Below, piece by piece: positions 54,701 to 64,000 of a DNA stretch of 64,000 bases. Positions within the stretch are counted from its first letter, which is position 1. Each line of letters starts with the position of its first letter. The notes under the pieces are model-generated. The model saw nothing but the letters and a program-made list of their open reading frames with translations. It was not told the origin of the DNA and searched no databases. Where the stretch lies: the NCBI GenBank assembly GCA_030324005.1, contig JARDVH010000140.1, positions 20,330,282 through 20,394,281 on the forward strand. Reading direction: 5' to 3'. The position numbers and the translations under genes were made by a program. This DNA is from Negaprion brevirostris. Lineage: Eukaryota.

Positions 54701-57700
54701 ACGTCTGAGTGGAATTCCTTTTGTTGCAGTTAATATTTTCTCCATTCAGTTACTGTGAATGTTTAATTATTGTTCCTCTGATCTAAGCACTCTATGATCA
54801 TTTATTTAGGCTACCTGGGTTGCCATGACATTTTTCCTGCTAAGAATTATGGGTAAGTGATCAAGGACACAAAGTCCTGTGCAAGTCCCCTTCCCTCCTC
54901 TTCCTCCCCCCTCAAATACTAAGTAATTTAATCAGATTAGCATTGTGGTCACAAGAGGAAGAATTTATACATTAATTGTGGGTTGGCTGTGATACGTCTA
55001 GCAATGACTCATAGTGTAGATATTCCAAGTCAGGTTGCCTAACCAAGTGAGTGCTTTTACCAGAGGAATGAAAAATGGTTGAGAAGGGAACTGAGGAAGT
55101 TGCTGCCAGCCTGTTTTTGAGGTTAGAAATAGAAAGTGTAACAGATGACACATTTAACTCAATCAGCACTAATAAGTGGGTTAAGTTGCCATGGAAGGCC
55201 TTTGAGGCAGATACAAGTGGACCCATGATACAATTGGGATGCCATGAGGAATTTAATGATGTTTCCTTGCTTCAGAAATGCTTATGTCCTTGATGTTATT
55301 GGTGTTGTGATTTCCTTGATGACAGCTCATTGACCTGAAGCATTAACTCTGTAGCTCAATCCAAAGAGTATTTCCAGTATTTAGGGCAGAGCAAACAGGG
55401 AGCATTTGCTGTCTTGTGGAGCTAGATATAAGGCGTGATGATGTGGAACACTGTATCCAATGTCACCAAGTCACCTCACAATACTGCAGTTTGCTTGCAG
55501 GTCTAAATGTCAGAAATCTGCCTGCGCTATTCAAATGCAATTCAGATTGCTACTAACATCAGTGAAGACCCAACTCATGGAAATAATATGCTCTAACGGC
55601 AATAATATGCCTTCTGGATGAGAATCATAACAAGTTGGAAATCTGTTTTTTGATAAAGTTTGTTGCATAAAGTTAAATCTCAGGGGGTCCACGGTAAGGT
55701 ATCTAAATGGATATAAAATTGGTTTCTTGNNNNNNNNNNNNNNNNNNNNNNNNNNNNNNNNNNNNNNNNNNNNNNNNNNNNNNNNNNNNNNNNNNNNNNN
55801 NNNNNNNNNNNNNNNNNNNNNNNNNNNNNTATTGTATTACCTCGTAAATAATCGATTTGACTTTCATTGGAATTTCTTAATATATCAACTTCAGTTTTGT
55901 ATGGAACTGTTGAAGTTTCTTCGGAAACTTGAATATTCTTAGCGGTCTAAATCTTTCCACTAGTCTGTTTTAAGCCAAGTATTGGTAAAAATATGTGGAA
56001 ATAACTGAATCTCTGCTTCTTAAATGCAGAGCTGAAGTAATACGTGATCTCACCAAANNNNNNNNNNNNNNNNNNNNNNGATCTTGAAGGGAGGTTGTTA
56101 ATCTGCAGATGGACTCAAGTGAAAATTGTTCGTGGGTTTTCTTTCACCTTCAATATTTACCTTTATAAATGAAGAACTTGGGCTAGAAACTTATTTTTGA
56201 AGTTCATGGGACCCAAACTAACATTTGCTACACTAAAAATCATTAATACAATCAAAATTTGGTGTTTGTGTGAGTAAACCAAAATGGCATTCGAAATTGC
56301 CTTTTCCCCTTCCCACTTGCAGAGGAGAACCATCTTGTCTTGGTGTATCTTTAGGTTAATAAGTTGGAAGGGTTGGAGTGATGCAGTTATTGTATTCCAA
56401 AGATGGTAGCTATCCAGAAGTCTTCAGTATAATGCAGACACAATGCAGCTGAAATTAATGTAAATATCTTGGAGATTGGAGATAGAATGGGCTGGGGCAT
56501 GAATTCTAGTAAACTTAGTGTCTACTTCAGGAAGTTCTTGACTCATATCTCCTGACTTAATGTTGGTAGCTTTTCTTCATACCAGGACTAAAAAAAATGA
56601 AGTAGTTGTAATACCTGGTTGGCTTCCGTATAACATCAAATATCAGAGACTGTTGTAGGTTGGATTAAAACAAAAGTTGTCAATTGCAGCAAATGACTTT
56701 TAAATCTGTATTGCAGCTTCAGTTTGGTTTGGTGGCCTTTTTAAACTCAATTCAACATGTGACAAATTTCATTTATCTTTCTTTTAAGGTTCCTGAAGCA
56801 ATTAAGGCCCAGTACCAGTATCCTCCACCTCTCCTTCCACCGGCAGGAATCCGTGATGGAGAGCTGATATGTAACGAGACTCCTACTGAGTCACAAAAGC
56901 ACCTTTCCAACTATGAGCACTTTGCTACTGAAGAAGAACAACAGGAGGTAATAAGTTCAGCGTTATCAATTGACTGGCAAGTTTCTTTCAGTGAAACCCT
57001 GAAGTTTTCAACTAATTGCTATGCTCAGCTGAACATATACTCTTTATAATTAATTTATTGTTGGATAGAAAGCTATGGCTTATTATGTGATGTTTACCTG
57101 TGAACCATGTTTCCCTTGAACCATTTCCCTTTTAACAAGTGTTTTTTTTTATTTTCCTTTAGTGGCTTCGTAGTGTTGTTGCACTTCAATGCAGCATATT
57201 CAAACATTTATCTGCTAAGCAGATGCCATTATTTTGGGACAGTGAAAAGGCTGATGTTAAGCCTTGTGTCACAGTCCAGTGTTCAGCGGACAGCTCTTTA
57301 AACACCGCGCATCAGACAGCTGGAAAGAAACCATCATCCTCCCCTTCTCCGACGACATGCAATGTTACATGCACCTCAGGGACCAATAGCCAGAATTCTT
57401 CAGGTTCCTCTGTATCTCAGCAGCCTGGTGCTGCCATGGCACAGGAAGAAATTGCCCATAGTTTATATTCAGAGACCTCATGCAAGACATCAAGTAGTGG
57501 AACTTCGAATGGACCTTTGTCAGCAGAGGTCAAAGTAAATGGACCTTTCCCATGCACCATTTCATCAGAACCGTCCAGACAGCTGGCAGACACACAGAGA
57601 CCAAAGGGACCATTAACACAGGTGCCAAGCCAGATATCTGGACAAGCCTGGCTGCATTCTCAGCTGAGACCAGCTACACCACCAGCAGCCAGCAATCTCC

Positions 57701-60700
57701 AAAATCATTTTGTGGGAACGCTTGTTAAATCGGAGAATGTAGGAGGACCTGTTTCTTGCTTGCAGCGAATTCCTGTCAGTGTGTCAAGTGTGCCCGCTTC
57801 TTTATCTACTTCGTGTGCCAGTTCTGAGATCACCAGCAGCTCACAATTTAAGAGCACTGCCTCAGTTCAGATTGCTGGGCGACCTACCACATTTATGGCA
57901 AAGGTTGTTACAACATCCTCTGCTATCGCCAGGGCCATCACTCCTCCAAGAGCAACAGGAGATAGTGTTTCAACAGCATTGGGACCTTCACGAAACCTAA
58001 TTTCACCAGCAGCTACAGGTGAGTGTCATCTTTGTTAACTAGCAAAATCTCATTTTGTGTGAACAAAGATATTTCAACCACAAAACAAGTTCTTAAACTA
58101 ATTAATTTCATGACGTTTGGACTGCTTTCAATAAATCTGGATAAGCCTATCAAGCTAGAGCTTTGAAAAATGTAGAGTGAATCCTGTTCCTAAAAGTCCA
58201 TCCCATTTATGCATCATACCCATAAATATTTCTACATGACGATATTAATTTTTCAGTGCAAGACGCATTATATCAATTATAGCAACAGGCCAATTGCATT
58301 TTGAAGGAACTGTGTTCTCTTCTCAACCAGACATAGGAGCTGATCTGTTGTTGTCCATCCCAAAGAAGCATATTATGTTAAAGTATAGGGACAAATTGTA
58401 GCACTCCTATTTACTTAATGTGTGCCATTTTTCAAGTATTGAATTTAGTTGCAGACCGGTGTTTTCAATGCGTGTTCACTATGAGGCTTTATTATCAGCG
58501 CAACGTCGCTAAAATAAGTATGGGGCTTACATAGAATCACAGAAAAACTACAGCACAAATAGGCCCTTCGGCCCACAAGTTGCGCCAATCATATCTCTAC
58601 CTACTAGGCTTACCTATAACCGTCAATCCTATTAAGTCCCAAGTACTCATCCAGAAGTCTCTTAAAAGACCCTAACGAATTTGCCTCCATCACCACCTAC
58701 GGCAGCCGATTCCACTCACCCACCACCCTCTGAGTGAAAAACTTACCCCAACATCTCCTCTGTACCCACTCCCCAGCACCTTAAACCTGTGTCGTCTTGT
58801 GGCAGCCATTTCAGCCCTGGAGAAAAGCCTCAGGGTCCACTTGATCAATTCCTCTCATCATCTTATACACCTTTAGAATGAGAGGAGCATGTGGGATGAG
58901 TTCACAAAATCTGATTGAGTTTGTGTAGAAAATTCGTTAAATCTTTACAGATGTAGTTATTTGAATCTAAATTCAATCGCATATTCTCAGCACACAAGCA
59001 TTATGGTTGGGAGTTGTTAAATTAGAATACAAACAAAAATTGCTGGACGTGGACATAGAGCAGGCTTGGTGGCATCTGTGGAGAGAGAAACAGAGTTAAT
59101 GTTTTGGATCTCTGATCTTCAGAATTCATCTATTATTTCAGATTTCTTGTGTCCATAGTATTTTGCCTTTGGATTAGTTGTTAAAAGGTGCTTGGAATGG
59201 TGCAGAATAAGCTTGGGAGGGTACGGAATAAACACAAGTTTTCCACAGTTACAAATTGGCAATTGTGTCCAATAATAATTTTCAATATTCTTTGAATTCT
59301 TCAACATTAACAGATCTTGTGATTTTAAAAAGTCTATTTTTTGTCTTTTTGCCTACAATTCAAGGACATTGTACACTCGTGTTAGAATGTGTCTTTCACT
59401 ATACAACTAAGATGACCGATTCAGAGACTGAAATGTTAGTTAAAATACTGGATATACTAAAGCCATCAAGTTGCAGTAAATTGACTTTTCTATTCTTTGA
59501 CTGCCAAGAGTCTAGTGCAAATTCTACATTGAATAATGGTGTATAGTGCCTGCTGCCTGACATGTTTGGCTGTGTTGGGGTTTGACACCGAACTTGGAGT
59601 TTCTGCTCCTGGACTGGTTATAAATAATATGTATATTTTTCATAATAGGTAAAGTGAGTCCAACTGTGCTGTCTCCAAGCATGTCCTTGGGAAACAAACC
59701 AGTTCCCTTGACAACAACTTCAAATTCTACAATCATGTTTGACCTTGCAAACTCCCTGCAGGCAGCTATGGAAGGAAGTGGAGGTAAATAAACACTTTTT
59801 GTAAATTCCTTTGAGAACTTGTTTCTCCTGTTGACTTACCATTTAGCAGATGGAAGGCTTTGAAGCTGGGTTAGAAATGCATTGCACGCCATGCCTACCG
59901 ATTGGTCCAAGATCTCTAAAAATGCACATGACACTTTTTAAAATTTTGACTAATAAGGTTTCTTCTTGGAAGCCTTCAGTTAAGGGAGCAGCTTGTGTAA
60001 TGGATGCACTTTAACACACTGTGTAAAGTAATCTCTCTTAGTGTCACCCGGTATGCAAAATTTATCAAGCATGATACATATTGCATTGTTCACTTCTGGA
60101 TCTTAAAGTACCTATGCAATTCACCTTTGCTGTCGCTGAGTTGCCATGTAATTAGTTGTGTATGAAATGCTGACGTGCTCTGAAACATCAGCCTGACACA
60201 GACTTCTGTCTACCTGTTGGTCTCATTATTGCTTTCCACACTGATATCAATGGAGGCACAACAAAGTGTGTTTGAATTTAGCAAGCAGATGGAAGAAGCC
60301 CCAGGTCAAACATCAGCTCCCTGATTCCACTACTGCTCGTTCACAAGTTCTGTCTTGGGAGGCCAAGATGATGTTCTAGGAACCTCTGCGGACTTGTACG
60401 CAATTGATTTGTCAGTATTAACTTGAAGCAGATATATTTAGTTGTACGTATACCAAATGACCGAGCTCTTAAGTAGCTCTGCAGAAACTAAGCAAGTATT
60501 CTCCAATGCTCGTGTACAAGTTACTCGTCCGCTTTGTTAATTTGGGGAAAAGATGGTTTGCCAAAAACCGTATCAAAACTAAATTTCTTGCTGTAGTTTA
60601 GAGCATTCACGTAGTAGTGGGTAGGGTGGGGTGTGACATGCCAGAGAGAACTTTGTTTAGTGAGTGATCTATTTTTTCGTTCTGTATTCAAGATTGGTAA

Positions 60701-60951
60701 TTGTTAGTAAAAAAGGAAATCTGTGCATGTTCTAATTGGAATTTTATACAGAGAGCTGAGAGACAAACTCCAAATTGATTTGTTTCTTCTTCCTTTGGTA
60801 GAAATTGAACTGAGTAAACTTGATGAAAAGTTGATCCAGGTACTGGCTTGGCAGAGAATTCAGCAGCTGTTTCCTCCCAAAACGTCCTCTTTACCATCTG
60901 TACTCGGCGCCTCAAAAACCCAGACAACTACTGCTACAACGCAGACAGACG
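670..60951 (+). CDS. PHF12: PHD finger protein 12 (Pf1), spliced CDS, exons 1-11, 3'-incomplete in window
   Basis: Eleven GT-AG exons join in consistent phase to give [32 protein letters not shown]...PHD1...[20 protein letters not shown]...PHD2...[19 protein letters not shown], colinear with vertebrate PHF12 as I recall it. No stop codon is reached. Confidence 0.97.
1057..1238 (+). CDS. PHF12: PHF12 exon 2, first part of PHD1 ([24 protein letters not shown])
   Basis: Polypyrimidine tract and CTGCAG acceptor; donor GTCAGT at 1239; 182 nt, ends in phase 2. Confidence 0.96.
3490..3878 (-). mobile_element. tRNA-headed Deu-domain SINE (SacSINE1/AmnSINE-like), decayed
   Basis: The minus strand gives a tRNA-like head, then TTAAACTGAGGC...CTCAGGTGGTCCTAAAAGATCCAGTGGCACTATTTCAAAGAA and an L2-like tail. 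Confidence 0.7.
5810..5965. repeat. Short interspersed repeat (AAATGCTGGAAA...GCAGCATCTGTGGAGAGAG), possibly a Penelope-like terminus
   Basis: Related copies at about 5175-5240 and 59030-59145, and inverted at about 46085-46200. The family assignment is tentative. Confidence 0.55.
7868..8075 (+). mobile_element. tRNA-derived V-SINE (HE1-like), 5' part
   Basis: A box GGCGCAGTGG, B box GGTTCGATTCC, V-domain GGGTTTCCTC..GGTGCT..GGTTTCCTCCCACAGTCCAAAGA. Confidence 0.8.
8508..9335 (-). mobile_element. CR1 LINE fragment
   Basis: Decayed RT C-terminal coding sequence and CR1 tail on the minus strand. Confidence 0.75.
9780..10850 (-). mobile_element. L2 LINE fragment, decayed
   Basis: Minus frames [21 protein letters not shown] and FQGSILG. 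Confidence 0.7.
14060..14738 (+). mobile_element. CR1 LINE fragment, decayed
   Basis: KCEIIYFG-like and GLSYDERL-like remnants; tail TCCTGTTTCTTAGGTTCT. Confidence 0.7.
16655..16993 (-). mobile_element. V-SINE (HE1-like), near full length with CR1-type tail
   Basis: Reverse-strand V-domain; ends in ATTCTATGAT. Confidence 0.8.
17270..17635 (-). mobile_element. Deu-domain SINE, decayed copy
   Basis: Alignable by eye to 3490-3878. Confidence 0.6.
18523..19003 (-). mobile_element. V-SINE (HE1-like), interrupted by ~150 bp of other sequence
   Basis: Tail and V-domain at 18523-18790; head at about 18940-19003. Confidence 0.65.
21343..21845 (-). mobile_element. CR1 LINE 3' fragment
   Basis: CR1 3'UTR (ATCAGCCATGATC on the minus strand); similar to 47480-48000. 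Confidence 0.75.
22248..22446 (+). pseudogene. U2 snRNA-derived sequence (diverged, 5' segment duplicated)
   Basis: Colinear U2-like blocks: GCTAAGATCAA, GTGTAGTACCTTTTCTTGTCAG, Sm-like TTTTTGGAG, GGAGATTGATTAG...TTGCCCTATCCATTCTGTGCATTGGCTTGG. Confidence 0.75.
22600..23155 (-). mobile_element. CR1-like LINE 3' end (second family)
   Basis: Minus frame reads [15 protein letters not shown]...[20 protein letters not shown]. Confidence 0.75.
24184..25205 (+). mobile_element. CR1 LINE, 5'-truncated (RT C-terminus and 3'UTR), disrupted
   Basis: [40 protein letters not shown] motifs; tail GGGCCGAAGGGCCTGTTTCCATGCTG. Confidence 0.92.
25570..25862 (+). mobile_element. Rex1/Babar LINE 3' end
   Basis: HPGHSL...[12 protein letters not shown]; inverted homologue of 31545-31860. 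Confidence 0.8.
28860..29890 (+). mobile_element. RTE-clade LINE 3' fragment, decayed
   Basis: Remnants [58 protein letters not shown] and a C-terminal zinc finger CNKCGRNC...H. Confidence 0.8.
30740..30812 (+). CDS. PHF12: PHF12 exon 3, end of PHD1 ([24 protein letters not shown])
   Basis: TTACAG acceptor, GTAAGT donor; 73 nt completes the TG|T Cys codon. Confidence 0.96.
31030..32040 (+). mobile_element. Tx1/L1-clade LINE ORF2 C-terminal fragment, split by a Rex1 insertion
   Basis: PLVIEDLG...[10 protein letters not shown]...[32 protein letters not shown] (degenerate zinc knuckle); resumes near 31925 with SLERE...WAP. Confidence 0.7.
31545..31922 (-). mobile_element. Rex1/Babar LINE 3' end
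   Basis: Minus strand gives [34 protein letters not shown]-like peptide and a (TCAAA)n-like tail. Confidence 0.8.
32306..32336. repeat. (CA)n-like microsatellite
   Basis: Visible directly. Confidence 0.85.
32460..32877 (+). CDS. PHF12: PHF12 exon 4 (polybasic region, RPGTPTS, Sin3/MRG15-binding [20 protein letters not shown])
   Basis: TTCTAG acceptor, GTGAGG donor; 418 nt open, ends in phase 1. Confidence 0.96.
35515..36310 (+). mobile_element. CR1 LINE 3' fragment
   Basis: KCEVVHFG-like, YKTLVKPQLEY-like and VQFWSPHY remnants; CR1 tail. Confidence 0.8.
38330..38640 (-). mobile_element. L2 LINE 3' end
   Basis: L2-type 3' terminus; AFSCQG..WNS-like remnant on the minus strand. Confidence 0.55.
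38822..38942 (+). CDS. PHF12: PHF12 exon 5 ([41 protein letters not shown]), start of PHD2
   Basis: CACAG acceptor, GTGGGA donor; 121 nt. Absent from the ORF track. An alternative in-frame acceptor lies at 38794/38795. Confidence 0.93.
40303..40393. repeat. (TCTG)/(TC) microsatellite running into an N gap
   Basis: Visible directly. Confidence 0.9.
42660..43095 (+). mobile_element. CR1 LINE 3' fragment
   Basis: [29 protein letters not shown]. Confidence 0.85.
43650..44150 (-). mobile_element. CR1-like LINE RT fragment (second family)
   Basis: Minus frame reads [36 protein letters not shown], followed by an FADD-like stretch in another frame. Confidence 0.75.
44403..44708. repeat. Unclassified ~305-bp element, copy A
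   Basis: Direct diverged repeat of 48912-49217. Confidence 0.8.
45497..45812 (-). mobile_element. V-SINE (HE1-like), near full length
   Basis: Clear V-domain and tRNA head on the minus strand. Confidence 0.82.
46247..46530 (+). mobile_element. tRNA-derived SINE sharing its 3' tail with the CR1-like LINE at 22600
   Basis: TGGCATAGTGG and GGTTTGAATCC boxes; tail TCAAGGGCAATTTGGGATG...CCCATGA matches the minus strand of 22605-22672. Confidence 0.6.
47480..48910 (-). mobile_element. CR1 LINE fragment, decayed, with an internal V-SINE
   Basis: CR1 tail near 47490; [14 protein letters not shown] and RT remnants further along. Confidence 0.75.
47621..47850 (-). mobile_element. V-SINE 3' part inserted in a CR1 fragment
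   Basis: V-domain plus CR1-type tail; the host CR1 resumes after 47850. Confidence 0.7.
48912..49217. repeat. Unclassified ~305-bp element, copy B
   Basis: Direct diverged repeat of 44403-44708. Confidence 0.8.
49395..49845 (+). mobile_element. Two partial Deu-domain SINE copies in tandem
   Basis: Repeated GGTGG..AAA..TC.CAT..CA.TATTT.AAGA core and a TGCAAGTCTT tail. Confidence 0.5.
50790..50823. repeat. (CCT/CCG)n trinucleotide repeat at a gap edge
   Basis: Visible directly. Confidence 0.9.
52150..52282 (+). CDS. PHF12: PHF12 exon 6, PHD2 ([44 protein letters not shown])
   Basis: CCTAG acceptor, GTAAGC donor; 133 nt. Confidence 0.96.
53136..53234. mobile_element. MITE-like element with imperfect terminal inverted repeats
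   Basis: GGTTGGGTTCTCCGG ... CCGGAGAATTCCGCC; GC-rich island in an AT-rich intron. Confidence 0.55.
53498..53663 (+). CDS. PHF12: PHF12 exon 7 ([20 protein letters not shown]...[17 protein letters not shown]), contains a 10-N gap
   Basis: TTCAG acceptor, GTAAGT donor; both sides of the gap translate to PHF12-like peptide. Confidence 0.92.
56789..56947 (+). CDS. PHF12: PHF12 exon 8 ([29 protein letters not shown]...EEEQQE)
   Basis: TTTTAAG acceptor, GTAATA donor; 159 nt. Confidence 0.95.
57163..58018 (+). CDS. PHF12: PHF12 exon 9 ([22 protein letters not shown]..., Ser/Thr/Pro-rich region)
   Basis: Long T tract and TTTAG acceptor, GTGAGT donor; 856 nt open frame containing NGP...EVKVNGP and LQNH..G..VKSEN. 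Confidence 0.94.
58528..58872 (-). mobile_element. CR1 LINE 3' end
   Basis: GGGCCGAAGGGCCT tail and FFTQRVV-like coding end on the minus strand. Confidence 0.85.
59649..59783 (+). CDS. PHF12: PHF12 exon 10 (GKVSPTVLS...[16 protein letters not shown])
   Basis: AATAG acceptor, GTAAAT donor; 135 nt, phase 1 to 1; resembles GKVSP...MVDLTNSL of PHF12. Confidence 0.9.
60802..60951 (+). CDS. PHF12: PHF12 exon 11 ([26 protein letters not shown]...)
   Basis: TTTGGTAG acceptor, GTATGC donor; 150 nt, phase 1 to 1. Confidence 0.92.
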
Positions 60952-61261
60952 GTATGCATTTTTCTTTGCCATCCATAGAACCATCCACGTGACATTATTA
61001 CTGTTGCTACTATAGTGCATCAATTGCTAAAACACTCAGCTGTACCTTTGTTGCATCTGGAGCCACAAGCACTTTCCTGATCAGCATATGTTCCCCCGCC
61101 TTCTGATCATTTCAGAACTTGGACTTGTGTCTATTTCACCATCTCCGCATGCCACACAGCTATAATGGCTCATGATCTCCCATATGGACTTCAAACCTAA
61201 AATTCTCACCATTGTATTTATATCCTTTCATCACCTTACTTCTGTCTCTAACTTCCTGTAC

Positions 61262-61615
61262 AGAATCATAGAGGTTTATAGCGTGGAAACAGGCCCTTCG
61301 GCCCAACTTGTCCATGCCACCCTTTTTATTTTAAAACCGCTAATCTAATCCCAGTTGCCCGTGTTTAGCCTGTATCCCTCCATACCTATCGTACACATGT
61401 AACTATTTAAATGCATTTTAAAAGACAAAATTGTACCCAGCCCTACTACTACTACTACTGGTAGCTTGTTCCAGACACTCACCACCCTCTGTGTGGAAAA
61501 AATTGCCCCTCTGGACACTTGTATCTCTCCCCTTTCACCTTAAACCTATGTGCTCTAATTTTAGACTCCCCTACCTTTGGGAAAAGATATTGACCGTCTA
61601 GCTGATCTATGCCCC
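61262..61615 (-). mobile_element. CR1 LINE 3' end, same subfamily as 62218-63265
   Basis: Closely similar to 62218-62570; runs into an N gap. Confidence 0.9.
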
Positions 61616-62217
61616 NNNNNNNNNNNNNNNNNNNNNNNNNNNNNNNNNNNNNNNNNNNNNNNNNNNNNNNNNNNNNNNNNNNNNNNNNNNNNNNNNNNNN
61701 NNNNNNNNNNNNNNNGAGACGCGCGTCTCCCACTCCAACCCAACAGAAAAGTAGCAGGTCGCAATGCGAGAATCGCAGCCACGATTTTGCATAGGCATAT
61801 AGACACAATAACACATCAGGGATACCCAAGGGATAAGTCCATTCACAAAGTCAATCGATGTGGAGACTTCCAGAGTCTGCAGGAACATCTCAACTTGGTA
61901 CTAGGTCCTTCAGCGAGCATCAAATCCAGACAGGCAGATGTGAAAGGCAAGTCATCAATCCTCAGCTTCGGAAACTACCGATTGTCTCGGTTCTACAGGA
62001 ATCGCTGGATGAGAAGCTGGCATACATAAGTCTATTGCAGGACATACTTGTTGGCCTCCTGTATCAGGCCCACCTCTGATCCATGTGTATTTTTTTTGCA
62101 CGGCGACTTTGTACTTCTACAACATATGAGACTGGTCCCATTTCTACTATTTTGCCATCCATGTCAGTCTTCCACCAAATTTCCTGACCATAACTAAATC
62201 ATTAACGTGGAAAAGAC

Positions 62218-63265
62218 ACAGAGTCATAGAGGTTTACAGCATGGAAACAGGCCCTTCAGCCCTACTTGTCCATGCCACCCTTTTGTTTAAAACCCCTAAG
62301 CTAATCCCAATTGCCTGCATTTGGCCCACATCCCGCTATACCCATCTTACCCATGTAACTACCTAAATGCTTTTTAAAAGATAAAATTGTACCCGCCTCT
62401 ACTACTACCTCTAGCAGCTTGTCCCAGTCACTCACCACCCTCTGTGTGAAAAAAATTGCCCTTCTGGACACTTTTGTATCTCTCCACCCTCACCTTGAAC
62501 CCATGCCCGCTAATTTTAAATTCCCCTGCCTTTGGGAAAAGATCATGACTATCTACCTTGTCTATGTCCCTCATTATTTTATAGACCTCTATAAGGTCAC
62601 CCCTCAACCTCCTACGCTCCAGAGAAAAAGTCCCATTCAGCCTCTCCTTATAACTCAATCCATCAAATCCCGGTAGCATCCTAGTAAATCTTTTCTTCAC
62701 TCTTTCTAGTTTATTAATATCCTTTCTATAATAGGGTGACCAGAATTGCAGACAGTATTTCAAGTGTGGCCTTACCAATGTCTTGTACAACTTTAACAAG
62801 ATGTCCCAAATCCTGTATTCAATGTTCTGACCGATGAAACCAAGCATGCCAAATGCATTCTTCACCACTCTGTCCACTTTCAAGGAGACATGAACACGTA
62901 TCCCTAGATCTCTTTGTTCTGTAACTCTCCCCAATGCCCTACCGTTAACTGAACAAGTCTTGCCCTGGTTCAATCTGCTAAAATGCATCACCTCGCATTT
63001 GTCTAAATTAAACTCCATTTGCCATTCGTTAGCCCACTGGCCCAACTGATCAAGATCCCGTTGTAATTGGAGATAACTTTCTTTACTGTCCACTGTGCTA
63101 CCAATCTTGGTGTCATCAGCAAACTTACTAACCATGCCCCCTATATTCTCATCCAAATCATTAATATAAATGACAAATAACAGTGAGCCCAGCAGTGATC
63201 CCTGAGGCACACCACTGGTCACAGGCCTCCAGTTTGAAAAACAACCCTCTACAACCACCCTCTGG
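62218..63265 (-). mobile_element. CR1 LINE, 5'-truncated, with an open 276-aa RT C-terminal frame (62428-63258)
   Basis: [53 protein letters not shown]; CR1 3'UTR and tail. Confidence 0.95.
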
Positions 63266-64000
63266 TTTCACGCGTACAGCAAAATATTTGAGCCTAGTGT
63301 CTTGTGTCCACCTCATCGTAGGCAGACATAGTTTCAACTATCCACACCGCACACACTGGAATTGTCTCCTATATACCCCTCCTCCTCCACCTTTCTATCC
63401 ACCTTTAAGACCCACTACTTTTGACTTCCTTTTCATATGTCCTTCCACAGCGAGGCTTCCCTTTTTTGAATTCAGCTCCTGTGAAATACTTTGGAGCTTT
63501 TCGACATTAAAGTGCTTACTAAGTGCAAGCTATTCTTTCCGTAGTTTCTGTCATTCAGTACTATACATGATTTAATTATAATGTGTTTCCTTACTCTTGC
63601 CCACCCTTGAGGAATGCGACAGAATTGTGTAAATATTTAGCAAGTTGCACAGCACTTTCTCGTGTAGGTTATGAGCAATTTGGTGCCAAGTTTTTTTTCT
63701 CCTTCCTACGCCCACCCCCTCCAAAATTTGTGGAGAATTGTTATTCGGTATAACACTAGTGGCCAAAATCCTACTGTGACAAGTTGCGAACTTGTCAACA
63801 AATCTGCTAATTGATGGCTGGTTCATTCCTGGATTGCCGTAACTCATTTGGGATCCTTTAATTCCAAGCTGAGCTTGCCTACATGTGACCAAGTTGAGAC
63901 TGTGTTGTTGACTCTTGATGTCCTGTAAAGTGGCTGACCTAGTCACTGAACAATATCAGTTAGTGAAGTTAGCAATGAGCAATAAATGTTAACGTGCCAG

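Noticed and set aside
57223-58038. 271-aa ORF as a stand-alone gene
   Set aside because: It is PHF12 exon 9, which starts at the 57163 acceptor and ends at the 58018 donor.
62428-63258. 276-aa RT ORF as an active or domesticated gene
   Set aside because: It is a 5'-truncated CR1 lacking the endonuclease and the N-terminal part of RT, with small deletions relative to the 24184 copy.
1-64000. miR-144/miR-451 cluster, which lies near PHF12 in mammals
   Set aside because: I did not see either mature sequence on reading the window; the 12993-13078 hairpin does not match them.

Overview
Vertebrate nuclear DNA, most likely a shark or other cartilaginous fish (inferred from the repeat content: V-SINE/HE1-like and Deu-domain SINEs, abundant CR1, L2, Rex1, RTE and Tx1 LINE relics), from a draft assembly with many N gaps. 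The window holds the 5' part of one + strand gene, PHF12 (PHD finger protein 12/Pf1, a SIN3-HDAC-MRG15 complex subunit). It shows a CpG-rich 5' region and 11 coding exons (670-60951, about 819 codons) with GT-AG boundaries and consistent phases. They encode PHD1, the polybasic region, the Sin3/MRG15-binding segment, PHD2 and the Ser/Thr/Pro-rich middle; the C-terminal FHA-like exons lie beyond the window. Introns are mostly decayed retroelements. The best second-look items are a rearranged U2 snRNA-derived element and an 86-nt hairpin in intron 2, an in-frame alternative acceptor at exon 5, an inverted pair of related CR1 copies bracketing exons 3-11, and a duplicated unclassified ~300-bp element in intron 5. 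I found no convincing new multi-gene system. Family assignments come from recalled sequence similarity, not database searches.
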